64,000 nucleotides of DNA, from NCBI GenBank assembly GCA_011109175.1, contig RDEW01000051.1, positions 56,685 through 120,684 on the forward strand. Reading direction: 5' to 3'. The position numbers and the translations under genes are program-made. This DNA comes from Dicyema japonicum. Its lineage: Eukaryota; Animalia; Dicyemida. Of the stretch, positions 39,591-53,000 are shown piece by piece. Under the pieces are notes generated by a model. The model was not told where the DNA came from. It was given only the letters and a program-made list of their open reading frames with translations, and did not search any database. Every line of letters starts with the position of its first letter. Position 1 is the first letter of the stretch.

Positions 39591-40869
39591 ATTATATTAT
39601 TAGACCCTCAAGGCGGCCAAAGAGTAATATCTCCGTGGTCTCTAGGGATTGGCGGGAGTCAAAGCCGGATCCTATGTGGATCCGACACTCTTTTAGTTCT
39701 GAACTTCGATTCTATCACCTTACTGTTCATGTGAGGAAGATATCTAACCAACATGGAGTTAAATAGACAATCTTTGCATTAAAGGTACGACACGACCTCA
39801 AACTTCCGATTAATTAACCACGTGGGTAACTGCTATATTATCATCAGAAATATTCGAGTCAAATCCGAAAATATATTGAAACGCATGAGATACTGACCGT
39901 GGTCGGTATACAAGACGAATGATCTTAGAAGCAGGGAACCTAAAGTCTCAAAAATAACTTACGACTTCCCCAGCCACCCAACCGGTTGGTCTCCCCCTCG
40001 TCGGTCCATGATTAACTGGGGATACAATTTTTTTTGTTAACCAAGTAATCGTGAGATAATAAAATACATATTGTGGTCAGTCATCCGAATTGGAGGAATA
40101 ACCGCCGTCTTATATAAGTTAACCACCGACTCACCCTTATCTTCCCCTTCGTCATCAACCATTTCCTATCTCCCGCATCCAATGGGATATCCTCACATAA
40201 CCACAGTTGAAACCTCGTAGCTCATCTGACAAGGTCTTCGCCTTCCTACATGTCATCAGATCGTTAATAGTGAAAAAAGGGTGATGGACCGTCTTACAGC
40301 ACAGGATATGAGAGGAAATGTGTTGAGGGAGACTATAAATTTTATTTTAAAGAAGTATTGAAGAGCTTGAACTCCATAGTGTTGCCTTATTAGCGTCCCG
40401 TGGATGTCCTCACTCCTAGCAGCGTCCCTTGTCCTAATCAGAGGCCGACAATTGAGAATCATCGGTTATATCCAAATTTAATTGCTATGACGGCTGACTG
40501 ATAGCATTGTCCTATTTACAAACAGATAAACCACGTGGCTGAACATCTAAGTCAATAATCCCTCGAGGATGACTATGCGACCCCAGAAACTAAAATATGT
40601 CAATTTTCATTATTATCGATTGTAACACTGCAATGACGGGATTCAGACCGCAAATATACCCTAAAGTGCTCATGAAACTAATTCCAACGATGGCCTTGAG
40701 AAGTCACAGTTTTAGATTTATTTCTCACTTTTATCCTCCCACAACAAAGTGCACCAATACACGTGGGTTGTTCAGCTTTTTGTATGACAACATTGTAGAT
40801 TTTAATGATCATTAGTTTCTGCTTATAATAGCGACATATTAACACCCCACGTGGGTTAATTCGAATGCA

Positions 40870-41080
40870 AATCAGCCTCCACCAAATAATTAAACAGCTC
40901 ACGTGCATTCTTTTGATCTTTAACGATAAAGCCGACTACTTTAATACGAATCAGCCTCCACCAAATAACTAACAGCCCACGTGGAGCCTTTTGATCTTCG
41001 AATGAAAGGCCTAAAATTCCAATACGATCAGTCTCCACCCAATAATTACTAGCCCACGTGGAGTCTTTTGATCTTAAAGT
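40870..41080. repeat. ~78-bp minisatellite, ~2.7 copies, each with a CACGTG
   Basis: AATCAGCCTCCACCAAATAA...CACGTG...CTTTTGATCTT at 40870, 40949 and ~41026. Confidence 0.85.
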
Positions 41081-41251
41081 CGACATAACGCCATGTTACC
41101 AAAAACTGCATAAATTCGAAGATTAGCAAACAAGTGCGCCCCTCCTAAAGTCCCCGCAAGCACGTGTACTCAGAATACGTTATTTGCTATGAAAATCAAT
41201 AAATATTAACAATATGTTTAAAGTGGATAACAAAATGATCAAATAACTAAT

Positions 41252-42192
41252 TTATCGAGGGTGACCGTCCATTTTCATCCCAACCTCTCCAGTTCCGGTC
41301 GCAAAATGGACTAGACTGCTACTCGAACTCTCCGAGGAATCCCAAACATAGCTGGCGACTTCTCCAGGTTCTCTCAAGCCTCTTGACTCGAACTGGTTGG
41401 TCTCGAATATCGGTATTAGGTATTTCTTTATCGAATTAATGGGGACCGGTCTGTGAACATACTGGATGGAACCCTGTTCAGTCTCCAAACTGGAGATATC
41501 CGTCATTTTCCATTCATAGTAGTGTTTCACTAGCCGACTCTGCAAAAATTGACAAACTGAGCCTACCACGCTCATGTTGGGCAGATAGTCCCGTTGTATT
41601 TTCTCAAAAAACTTCCCATAGCAGTGAATCCCGAACAGGAATTGTTTCTAAATTACAGCAGCCAGCACCAACGTGGTCCTCAATAGTCCACACATCGAAG
41701 AAATCACAGTCATCGTCCGACAGGGACGAGATTATATCTGACAAGGCGAGTTTGACGTCATTACCGTTTGCATATAACTAAATTAAGCTACTAGAATGTA
41801 AAAAAGCAAATAAATAAGCAATTTTAGGTTCGCCAACGTCGAAATTGCGGAAAATAATACTTTATCGAATGCGAGGGACGTGGTGGAGTCTGAGATGGAG
41901 AAATTTACGGCGATTGTCTTCACGTTGTACTTCCTCATACACATATTAAAGACTATACTCCTAATGGTAGAAACATTGACGCCAAACCTGACTAGTTTGA
42001 GATATACGCTCAGATCAGAGGAATTTGCCTCCCAAATGAGGGTTGAAGAACCCTCAATGTCCTCAACTAGGGGTTCGGAGTCTTCACTTAAAGGTGGAAT
42101 AATAGCCTGTAGGTACAGAATATGAGAAAAGAAGAGCGAACCTGGTGATTCGGACCAACTTCTATCTTGAATTCTCCCTTCTTGCTAGCCAT
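41252..42192 (-). CDS. ELM2-SANT corepressor protein (MTA/RERE family), lacking BAH and GATA domains
   Basis: Splicing introns 42107-42141, 41961-41987, 41778-41860, 41648-41672 and 41540-41566 gives MASKKGEFKIEVGPNHQAIIP...IWE (ELM2) and WTIEDHKQFLFGIHCYGKFFEKIQRDYLPNMSVSRLVKHYYEWKMTD (SANT). Confidence 0.85.
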
Positions 42193-45100
42193 TCTTCTTA
42201 GTCTGGCATCACTAAGGAGTGTTTATTGTTTTAGGTTAATCGAAATAAATAATTACAATAAATAAATGAAAATATAAAATTATATTTTTTAATATCCAAA
42301 AATTCCTTTAGTCTTGAGAAACCTTAATTTTTTGGTTTATTAATTTCCTACCAAAAATCATCCACTTAATGTGAAGTCATTAAGAATCGACATTTATCGA
42401 CTCATTGATAAGGCACTTGGAGTAACTTCAAGTCACCCAGTGTAAATTTTGTCTTATCAGTCAAGCGAGTCGAAAATGATAGTGTGGATCTGCGCCTCAT
42501 TGAGGATGTATTCCCTTCATCTGGTCTCTGGTAGCACACGTGGAATGGATGAGGTCCTGGTCAAGTTTGTGTCCAATGACTTGTTTGATGTTGAGTTGTC
42601 TTGGTGTTGCTAGTAAAGGATTACTTTTACGATTTAATGGTTGTTGATAATGGTAATGATAAATGAAGAAGGTACAATTCCAAAATGATACTAAATAGGC
42701 CTGGTGGAGTTCCCTGATGTACTATAATGTTTTCATCCCCTCAAGTTGGATACAACCTCTCGTTTCCTTCCTCACTGGAGTCGAGACATCGGATACTCTA
42801 GGTTTTGAGCTAAAGAAGCATTGAGTGGTCTAATGCCCCGGTTCGAGTTCGTCTGGCCTAAACAAGAGACTTATCAGTTGGCTATAAAAATTCTGAGGGG
42901 AACAGGGGACTTATCAGGTGGTTACTAATTCTCGAATGTTATAATAACGAGCTTGTGTAGGTACTCATGATTGATGATGACATGAAGACCTAATTGTGAG
43001 TAAATTGGCCTAGATTATGCAGATTCTGAAATCAATGACACGTGGAATGAACGGTTATGAAAACGCAATGAGGTCATCACGAAGTGGAATAGTCGTGGAT
43101 TCAATTATTGGGGTATCACTGTTACTCTGAACATATTCCGGAATGTATTCATCCATTTACCCCCTGGTCCTCGAGTGACGGAAGCTGGGGGTTAAAAAGT
43201 ATGTGAAGACCCAAGACAGAGGCTTCTACAGATCCGATAATGAAATCTATGTGGCGAGGAAATTGAAGGGATATCAGGAGATGAGAAGAGGTGACTCATC
43301 CTACAAGCATTGAGAAAGCAGGAAATAGTGGGAGACGAATTGAAATAGTTTGACTTATTAACCCCCGAACCACCAGAAAGAGGACAAGAGTTATTGTGTA
43401 AATTAAGTGATGTGTCCATACCAAGCGGTTAGTTTTGGATCCTGGATTAGTCTCCACGAGTTGGAAGGTTTCTTCTCGTATCTTGGGCAGGCCTCCAGAT
43501 ATAGTTTGACTTCCAGCCCAAGGGACTGTCTCCAGGTCAAATGCCGAGAAGATCACGGGTTTCAAGAAAAGTTTGTACAGTGACGAAACACTAGATCATT
43601 AGAAAGAAACGACTGTCACCAAACACTCTGGAAAACCTAAGTGGGGTTCCCCAGTTAAAAATAGTGAGCAGTTTGTACCATCACTGACTTGTGTCGTCTT
43701 GAGGTAGAAGGAATGAGGCAAATTAAAAGCTCAGTTAAACAGGGAAATAACAGAAAATCATTATCGTTTAATTAGTGACAGAGTAACTCGATTTATTAGC
43801 ATTACTGGTCATAATTAGAGACCTAATGAAGTCACCGGTATTGGATGGACACTTGCGGATAGCGACTCCTTTACTCATTCTCCCAAGAGATTTCCCCCTT
43901 AATTAACGTCTAAATATTAGAAGCTGTTTAATGACGTTGATTTCCTTACATGTTATCGGTCTCCCTTAATACCTTTCGTTGGAGATGGGGTGAAGCACGA
44001 ATCCATTTATTATAGCCAAATTAGAGCGTTCAGTTGCCATGGTTGCAGAAGGAGATAACTTACACACAAGTCATCAAGAACTCACAGAAACTTGAGAAAA
44101 CACCCAGTCCTTGCAATTGTGGTAACCCCTAACCGCTTTTGAGAATGATTATCTCTCCCATTAAGCTTAATAATGCATCTCCAAGCCTCGGCCTTAACAA
44201 TTCCACGTTTGTGAGCTCACAAGACCACCCTTTATAGTACAGTCATGACTTTCACGTGTTTTTTAGCTCCATTTCTTAAATTGAGGACTATACGTCTCAC
44301 ATTCTGCTAGTTGAAGTTTGATACCAAGGATCGGTCCACAATAATCCGCTTAATCGCTTGAACTGGATTCTAAGATTATATTAATGCGATTATTTTGAAG
44401 TCATTTTAGTAAATCAATCAACGAATGATAGGATGACGTCCTGTTCCCTTCCCCTTCGTCCAAGACTACATGCCTTTGTAGAGCCGATTCTCACTTATAA
44501 TTCGGGCACGGAGAATCTCAAAGAGACTAGGTTCGAAGACAATTCTGGTCCCTCCTAGGACAGAAATGGCTAATGCGGGTAAAAAGGAAGCTTTATATGA
44601 AAGGAACATAATCATGTTATTCACAGAGGCACGCTGGAATATGTTTGGCCACATCTAAGAATAGATCCAAGCACACTAGCGAATGTTATCACGGAGAACT
44701 ACTTGACAGCATCTGGGGGAAGATTCTGTGGACGTCCACGTAATATGTTTCTCTAAATTCTTAATGATGATCTAGGGTGACAAAGAAAACACTGAGGGAC
44801 GGTGAAGACCTTGGTGTTTGAGGAGTCTACCATCAAGCCGAAGAGGGAGGAAGAGATGTTAACCAGGATTATCCGGTAGGGACACTTAAGTGACCCTGAT
44901 TCTATTCTTACGATAAACTTCGGGCCAATCAAGGAGTACCTCACTAAACGTCAGCGGGACTTCCTCAAAATAGTCAAGTTTTTAGAACATTCCTTTGAAC
45001 CCGAAGTCAGATTATCTCTGTAAGCCTGTCCGAGATATCAAAGGAATTCAGTATTTCAAGACCAACCGCTGGAGGATGCTTAATTTAGACTACTCCTATT

Positions 45101-45581
45101 CTTTTCACATGGGGATCACTTAATTTAGCCGATTTCCCCTTTCCTTTTTCTTGTGGTTTTAATATTTTAAATCACCCCTTCTAACAAATCTACTACTTCT
45201 TTCAACGAAATTTTCTGATTAAAAACCTCTGAAACGTAATTATCAAGGAAATGGGAATTGAAGAAAAGGATTCATACCTTGGTGTCCTGGACTCTCCATT
45301 AGCACCTCTACTCGACTACATGATGAGTACATTCAATCGAGGGGATATTAAATTTGTCTTAACTGCTTCCTCAGCGATTTAAACGTTGCCAGATACAAAC
45401 CCATCTAATCGGTGGCTCGGTTATGTGACTGATTCCTGTTTTTGTCAGCAGATTTACATAGTCCAAGCATAGCCGGGTGGCATAGTGGTTAGGTGTCGGG
45501 CTAAAGTGACTTAGGTATCGGGTTCGATTCTCGCTGCTGTTCACCTGGTGGAAGGTTCCACGCATCTACGATGCTAAAAGG

Positions 45582-45754
45582 GTGACGCCGTCATCAGTGG
45601 ATGCTCACTGCGGAACTGGATTGTCTAGAAAGGACCCACACGCAAGAAAAAGAAAAGTGAAGATCATTCCCTGGACTTAAATAAGTGTGTGTCCTGCCTA
45701 TGCGGAGCTATAAATATTATGACTCTCGTGAAAAGGCTTTAAAAAAAAAAAAAA
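45582..45754 (+). mobile_element. SINE-like family B, copy 1 (poly-A tail)
   Basis: GTGACGCCGTCATCAGTGG...CTATGCGGAGCT...CTCGTGAAAAGGC followed by A14. Homologous to 48392-48603 and 51266-51367. Confidence 0.8.
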
Positions 45755-46172
45755 GCATCACAACTGAATATCAGGAGTGGATAGTCAGTTGAACTTTAGG
45801 CCACGTGTGTATTCAGTTTGAAATTGCCTCAAGTTCCATGTAATCACTTCAGCTAGGCAGAACCCCTTCAAATTCGTTTCTATAACAAACCCAATGGGTT
45901 TAGCGTACACTCAAACTCGTCTCATTTTCATGCGAAACATTTGACACGAACACGTGGCTTAGCGGAGTAAAACAAGCATCGATTCACGAGCCGAATCGGT
46001 TATATATTTCAGCATTGCACGTGGTCAAAACTTCTTATCTCTTTGGGGTACCAAAACCATTTATAACCCACGTGGCGTTATCCAGCACAGCCGTTCTCTT
46101 TTGGGGAAAAAAAGGCAAATAAACTGAAATTTTAATTTTACTAAAGAAACACTCAAAAGTCAGGAATTGGCT

Positions 46173-46711
46173 TCATTTTAGTGGGATTCCGAGTAAGTAA
46201 AAATCGGCCTTGAATGAGGAATAAGAGTACAGTTGGGTGCCTGGTGACCTCCGCGGAAACGGTAAACTCAAATCCCCAGGCACTGATCAGTCCTTTGATG
46301 AGTCCACACATATAGGCGGTGTACTTTAGTAAGAAAATTGAATACGTGACTGAAAGAACAGCTGAACTGCTCCCCATTCGAAATGGGAGACAGAAAGGGA
46401 AAGTCTGAGTCCTGAATAGAATAGCAGTCCTCATTGACTGCTTCGAAAACAGCTGATTTGCCGAAAAACGACTCCCACAGTTCATTTTGGACAATTTTAA
46501 TGACACTCTCAACCCCCTCATAGATTTTCTCGTTTATAACCAGCCTGAATATCACTAAAATATACTGTTCAGCGTATTTGACTCCCACTGCGAAACCGAG
46601 AGCCTCCAACTTGTTCTATCCTCACAAGAATTCGGATACCTTATCCTTTCTGTAAAAATCCACCAAATGGCCCATGAAAATGATAAAATAGAGACAATTC
46701 TCCACCTTCAT
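46173..46711 (-). CDS. TRAPPC6: TRAPP complex subunit 6 (Trs33)
   Basis: Introns 46616-46639 (24 nt), 46545-46565 (21 nt, optional), 46324-46345 (22 nt) and 46209-46230 (22 nt). Spliced protein contains KLEALGFAVG, ELWESFFGK, YSIQDSDFPFL and YTAYMCGLIKGLISAWGFEFTVSAEV, typical of TRAPPC6. Confidence 0.85.
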
Positions 46712-47585
46712 TAATCATATTTTTAAATTTAATTATTTAAATAATAAAAATAATATTAAATATTTGTAACGGCTAACCTTTTCATAAATTCTTTCATTTG
46801 AGGACACTAAAACACGGGTCATTACTATATATCTAATCGTTCTAATTTAACGTTTAGGCTGCATGACACCATGTGTTGCTATGGCTAGTTGGTCATAAAT
46901 TATTTTCCTTCCGATGACGTCATTGGATCCACCTTACTGAGAATACGCCCAATGCCTGGTCGGCATCATTAGGATCCAATTATTCTTCCCCGGTGACCTG
47001 AAGAAAAGTTCTGGAATGCTGGAACGGGAATTAGTTAGTTTGGTTATCCTTGGTATTTGGAATTATTTAATTAAATTAGTTAACAGAGCTGGTGACATTA
47101 AATGTCTGTGTCGCTTCATGGCAAATGTAGCAACTCATCCCGCTTTTTAACGACTGTAGACGAAATGAAGGACTTGGCGAGATCAAATACGCTAATTTCT
47201 GAGATAAATAATCGTCATATGGACTAGTGTTCACCATTAAACTTGGGGGAGAAATAACATAAATAAAGAATTGTTACTTTGATAGCTTCGATTCTCTGGA
47301 GAATGCCATGAGCTACTTTACCCAAAAAATCTTGGAAGCAAGATCAAGTGGTATACCCAAACATTACTTAAGACGGCCTTGATTAAAGAAATCAGCTTAA
47401 AAATCTGACCGGATAACCTTGGATATGTAACTCCGGATCAGAACATTGAATAATGAAATAAAGGCCAAAGAGCTCAAGGCCCAGAGGTTTAAGTGGAATC
47501 GTGTGCTTACAATGGTAAATAGAAATCGCACTACGGGAGTGGTGTGGAAAGCTATTCGAAATGTGGCAAAAGACAATGAAATTTC

Positions 47586-49231
47586 GGAGTGCGGAAAAAA
47601 AGTCAAGCGGAAAAAAGTCAAATCCGTAATTTCGTTAACGGACTTGACTTTTTTCCGTTTATAAATTAAGATTTTTATTCATGATCGTTTCATTTCAAAG
47701 TATCGAGTTTAGAATAACAAATTACAGTTTACTCTCTATTGCTCGCCATTTTTTGGGATCTAGCAAAAATTTTGGCGAGTAATATAAATAATCGATATCG
47801 TATCTTCTATTAAAAATTTTTTTTGTAAAATTTTTTTACAATCTATTTGAGTGAATATAAAAATTTAAATAAATATTTGAAATATTTATTGAAAAAACCA
47901 AGATTCTAATTAAAATAATCGTTTAGTGTTATTTTGCATGATCGATTTTCTACATTTTTTGAATTTTTATCAAACTTTCAAGCATATTTAAATCAAAATT
48001 TTCATCATGCGAAAAATATTCTCTGAGTTCCAAAACACTTTTTATCGCTTCTCTTTAGACCGAAATATCACCATTTTCATTGCTTTCGATAAAATTGTCT
48101 CATCATTGAGGCAACCTCCAATTGATTCCATGTAATCCATCCAGGTACTGATTTCAGTATCAGTTGATAAATATCTGAGTTTCGAAAAACGAGAACTTGT
48201 CTCATAAATTGGATTAATTTCAAGAATATTAAAATTAAAAATCGTCTCGATATTGATTTTTTGAAACGCGTTGAAAAAATTTGAGACACGCCTTAAAACT
48301 TAGAGAAGAGAACCATAAGATAATTTATGATTTTTTTTGATCATAGGATAATCCAGAACACTTCCTCATGTTACGAAAAGAGACACGTGGCATAATAATA
48401 ACAGCCTTTTTCACGGAGCCGTGGTATTAGCTCCGCATAGGCAGGACACACACTTTATTAAAGTAAAGAATCGTTAATTTTAACTAATCGTAGAACCAAG
48501 GAATGATCTTCACTTCTTTTTTCTTTTTCTTGTGTGTGGGTCCTTTCTAGACAATCCAGTTCCGCAGTGAGAGTCCACTGATGACGGCGTCACTCGTCAA
48601 GCCAGATTCCTTAGTGTTCGCTTGAAAGAATCTGCAGAAGGGAGAATAATTCTGGTTGCTGTTTCACATTGAGACACAACATTTGAATAGATTTGTAAGG
48701 GATTTTCTTGACTCGTTTTAGCAATAAGTTTTGCTTGGTTGCACAATTTCATCATTTTTATTTGACTTTCGTCAAATTCGTGATTGTGAGAGATTCCTTC
48801 TTTGGGAAATTCAAAATTATGATATGTTCTTAGGCTTCCTCTGCATCCTTGTGAAGATTTTTCACACATTTAAAAATTATAGTTTTTTGTCACCGAGTCC
48901 TTTGTATACATATAACCCTTAAAATGAATTCTCCATTTTGTCACATATTTTTGCGGCAAGCATAATATTTGAGATAAGCTTAATTATAACCTTGAAATCC
49001 GTAAATTGATTAAGTCAAAAAATTATTCCAAAGCGAAAAAAGTCAAGTCAATTTTATTATTACCTTGAAATTCTTAAATTGATTTAGTCAAAGCGATTAC
49101 AACAAAGCGGAAAAAAGTCAAGTGGAAAAAAGTCAAGAATTGAAAAAATTATTAAAAATTAAAAGATGCTGGTAGTATCACAAAAATGCGATATAAACTA
49201 AAAAAGACGACTTGACTTTTTTTAGCATTCC
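47586..49231 (-). mobile_element. Mutator-like (FLYWCH/MULE-type) DNA transposon, non-autonomous
   Basis: TSD GAAATTTC at 47578-47585 and 49232-49239. TIR GGAGTGCGGAAAAAAAGTCAAG / GGAATGCTAAAAAAAGTCAAG. Many AAAAAAGTCAAG subterminal repeats. Transposase N-terminal remnant at 48597-48869 (CEK...C...HNH...AKTSQENPLQI...LPSADSFKR). Confidence 0.8.
48392..48603 (-). mobile_element. SINE-like family B, copy 2, inserted in the MULE transposase
   Basis: Reverse-complement match to 45582-45754 with a (TTA)n tail. It truncates the MULE ORF. Confidence 0.8.
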
Positions 49232-49484
49232 GAAATTTCAACAGGGGAGGAAATGTTCAAAGAGATGTGCAATACTAATATTTCACACAAGGAGCACATG
49301 AAGTCTGATGCACTACCATTACGCAGGAAACTAAAGAGACTATCAGAACCACTCTTCTTTTGGAGAGAGAGGTGAGGGATACAATACATTTGCAAAAACA
49401 ACAGTCACCTTGAAGTTAAACAAGGTCGGCATCCCATTCAACAGATGTCAAAGGATCTTGGGTGTGACAATTGATATGCATTTC

Positions 49485-49659
49485 GAAAATTTATAAGGGA
49501 AAATTTAAGATAATTGGAAAAAAAAGTCAAGTGTTGAAAAAGTCAAGTTTTGAAAAAAATGTTAAAAATTAAAAGTTGCTATTAATGCTACAAAAATACG
49601 ATATAAACTAAAAACAGACGACTTGACTTTTTTTCCGCTTGACTTTCTTTCCGCATGCC
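49485..49659. mobile_element. Solo terminal fragment of the same MULE family
   Basis: Ends CTTGACTTTTTTTCCGCTTGACTTTCTTTCCGCATGCC, the reverse complement of the left MULE terminus. Confidence 0.7.
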
Positions 49660-50076
49660 CTGTTTGACACCACACGTAGAAAACATCGTATTGAAATGCG
49701 AGAAGAAACTGAACGTATTGAAAAGTTTATCGGGAATATGGAAGAGTGGTACTCACCCAGTCTTGATGAACGTGTACAAACAGTACATCGAGACATGTTT
49801 CTCATTTGCATGCGCCTCGTGGAAACCGTCCATATCTTGGACAAATATGAGGAAAATTGACAAAAGAGGGCTTACAGAGTAACGGAGCGTTGGATTTGAG
49901 AAGATCACCTACGCCTCTGAAGGCCCTAATCAGACTAGACTCCAGATACGGGAAGGTGGCCCTGAAAATTTAGACAGCCGTCTTCTACGTTCATGCGCGG
50001 GCACGAAGGAAGAACACCAGGCAAAGATGAGGTCTCTGTTGGAATGCATCGGAATCACGTGATAATTAGTTTGGTT

Positions 50077-53000
50077 TTACCGTGGTCTTGGGTTAAATAA
50101 ATTAAAAAATAGCGGCTGCCCTGACTGTGTGGCTATTCCCTCTAAGATGGCGAACTTGATTCGCTCAAATAACCAGCATCGCTCACGAGGGTCTCCTGAT
50201 CGTGTAGCGATGCCATTCCCTGGACGACTCAAGAATTCTAGCGTCACATGCGCAAGGGAACCAGACGTCTCAACGGCGAGTAGGACAAACAAAAAAATCA
50301 TTGGTAGGACCGCATATTTTTCCCGTTTCATTTTCTCGCCCTTCCCAGTAGTAGAACAGGCTCCAGAGGCACTCTGGAGTAGGTTGCAAGAGGCAAACTT
50401 GTCGATGCAGTTGACTGTCAAGACAAGAGGTTTAAAGGCTTCAAAAGGGAAGATTGTCATCCCATTTGGTAGTTTCCCGTCCCACCTGAAAGACCGAATG
50501 ATTCGAGTCATTGAGGGGCGTCTAAAGCTCTTTTAACGACTTCGTTCAAGGCCATGTGTCTGAGAAATCTGTCTGCACTCTTTTTGCAGGAGAGAGGGTG
50601 TATTCCAAAACAGTCGATCTGTCTCCGCATCGCCACGGATGTGGAGCACAGACTTTTAATCCCAGTCGCAATGAGATCCCAATACGGACGCATTCATTTT
50701 CCAGGAAAGTAACCAAAACTCCATTGGGAATGGCGTTTAACCAGGTACCGCTCTCGGAGGACGCCCCGACAACAAACAAGCACGGCGATGTTGGCTAGAT
50801 GACAATAGCAAATCTTTGAAAGAATTCCACAATATAGCATCGTCCAAGCCCCGCTGAAAGAACGAAGAAGGCAAGGAAAGCTGATAAGTGTGGCTCCAAG
50901 CCTCACGAGCATGGCCGGCATCCTTGTCAATAGAGAATTCATCTAGAGAGTGTAGAATCCTCTTTACATGGGTTACAGGCCGCTAGCCATAATAGGTATG
51001 AAAGGATAGAAAGATCCACAGGGTTCCGAATTCCAAATCTTCCGAATCTCACTGGCAGTGTGGCTTGCTTCCATGAGTAATCCTCGAACCGGAAGTTAAA
51101 GATACGTTCTGCTGTCGTATGGAAGATCATACAGGGTAAATAGGGAGCAATCCTCAGGACAAATACAAGCCTTTGTACGTTGTTACTGTTTTTCAGGAGG
51201 AATAATGCTGTATGAATGTCAAATAGACACAACCGGTTCGTATTCTTTCCGAGTAATAGTCGTTTCACTCGTCACTCGGTTTGACGAGTGACACCGTCAT
51301 CAGTGGATACTCACCTATGCGGAGCTATAAATATTATGGCTCTCGTGAAAAGGCTGTTATTATTATTAACAGTCGTTTTTTACGTATAGCTCTTCCCATT
51401 GCATTTATGGTGATTGGGGATCCGAGGAATATAAGTTTTTCATCGGGAGTGGAAATACTTCCAGGCAGTAAATTTCCGAAACATGACAAAGCTTTTGAAT
51501 ACTTCTCTTCTGAAAGTCCGCAACTGTAGATTTCGCATTTAGTGTAATTTAATTCCAGTCCTGCTTCCAACAGTGCTGGAATTATCACTTCCAAATCCCA
51601 GAAAATAGTATCCGGGGGTCCTCCGAGGACCGCATCAACAAGATGCCATATGTTGATGGGCGAGCACAGAGGTTTGGTGATTTTCTCTATTGCAAGACAA
51701 AACAATAGGAGTCCAAGGAGATCTCCCTGCTGGACTCCAAAAATAGGAATGGATTAAGTAGTCCACGAAAAGTAAGGATGAAGGTAGGCTGTATGACTGA
51801 TTCACAAATTCGAAAATATTAGGGAATCTCTCAACACACGCCTCCAGGATATTGTCTCTCCTTAGACTATTGAAGGCGAACTTAATGTCCAGTTTTACCA
51901 GGACATGTCTCCGGGAATCTTCTATACTGCGGTATATGAATGTCCTTACTGAATGGACAGCGGCCTCGCATCCCAAGCGAATACCGACGCCTACTTGAGG
52001 GGAATTCAATAATTTTGTGACGAGTGGAATAGAATGTCTGGAAGCGATTTTAGCAGCCAGTCTTCTGAAGACAAACTCGACCGCAACTAGTCGCACTCCG
52101 CTTTCCTTCTTATCAAAGGCTATCAAATTGCGGAGAACAGGATATGGCGGATAACTTCGGGAAGAATTCGAGACATGATCCGATTCATAAGTGAAATAAT
52201 TGAATTCGTAGGGCGAAGTCATAGTCTCCTACGGACAAAGAGGTCAGATCCTCAGGTAGCCAGGTCTTCAGTCCGTCGAGCCCGCCACTGCTACTAGGGA
52301 CAAAATTACGAATTGCGAAAAAAACTTCATCGTTTGATGCAATCAGGGGACTCACTCCGGATGGGGGAACGACTTGACGTACGTTTTGGGGTGGCAGTGG
52401 ATGCTTGTTCAGTAAAATATTGTAGGCGTCTAGAGTCGGTTTTCGTCGTCCAGTCAAGGAAAGTGCCCTGATGGCTGCGCAGGTGCCACCTTCGATTAAC
52501 TTCGACCGGACAGTTCTCTTGAGACGGATCACTTCGACTTTCTCGTTATGACCACGTGTCTCCCTCGTGCGGTTAGAAGCCATGGGACAACTGGGGATGT
52601 GAATACCTCCCAAAAAAGAACGAATGTTGGTTTTCATAGTGTTAGTGAGTCTCCTTTCCGTGACCATCTCGATCAAGTTCCAGTGCGAAGGCGCAAAACT
52701 GAATAAGCGCATCCAATCATATACTGCGTTAGTCCGGAGGACATCTTCGATCGTTTTGGAAAGGGTCTCCGCAGCGACAGGTCGTACGGCATTGGGAATC
52801 CTCACAGGGATAGTCCGTGAAGAACGTAATTCAGAGATGAGACGTAAAAATGTTACAGGGTCGGTGGTTGATGAGAATTAACATTGGCATGGGAAACCTC
52901 CCCACATAGGCCGAGACATGACTGGCAGTGCCATACTCCAAGCACGCTCGCTGCATCTTGCTATGACTTGATACACAAGAGGTGGAAGAAATTTCCACAA

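Larger units (their letters stand above)
47400..50095 (+). pseudogene. Decayed LINE interrupted by the MULE and by a MULE end fragment
   Basis: ORF2-like KAQRFKWNRVL...VWKAIRNVAK stops at the MULE. The 3' part (49408-50095) is closely similar to 54370-54880. Confidence 0.65.

Noticed and set aside
41880-42125. 81-aa plus-strand ORF
   Set aside because: Antisense to the ELM2 exons of the minus-strand gene.
44300-45560. RTE- or LINE-like fragments
   Set aside because: Only isolated decayed motifs (RWNMFGHI, GESRTP); boundaries cannot be supported.
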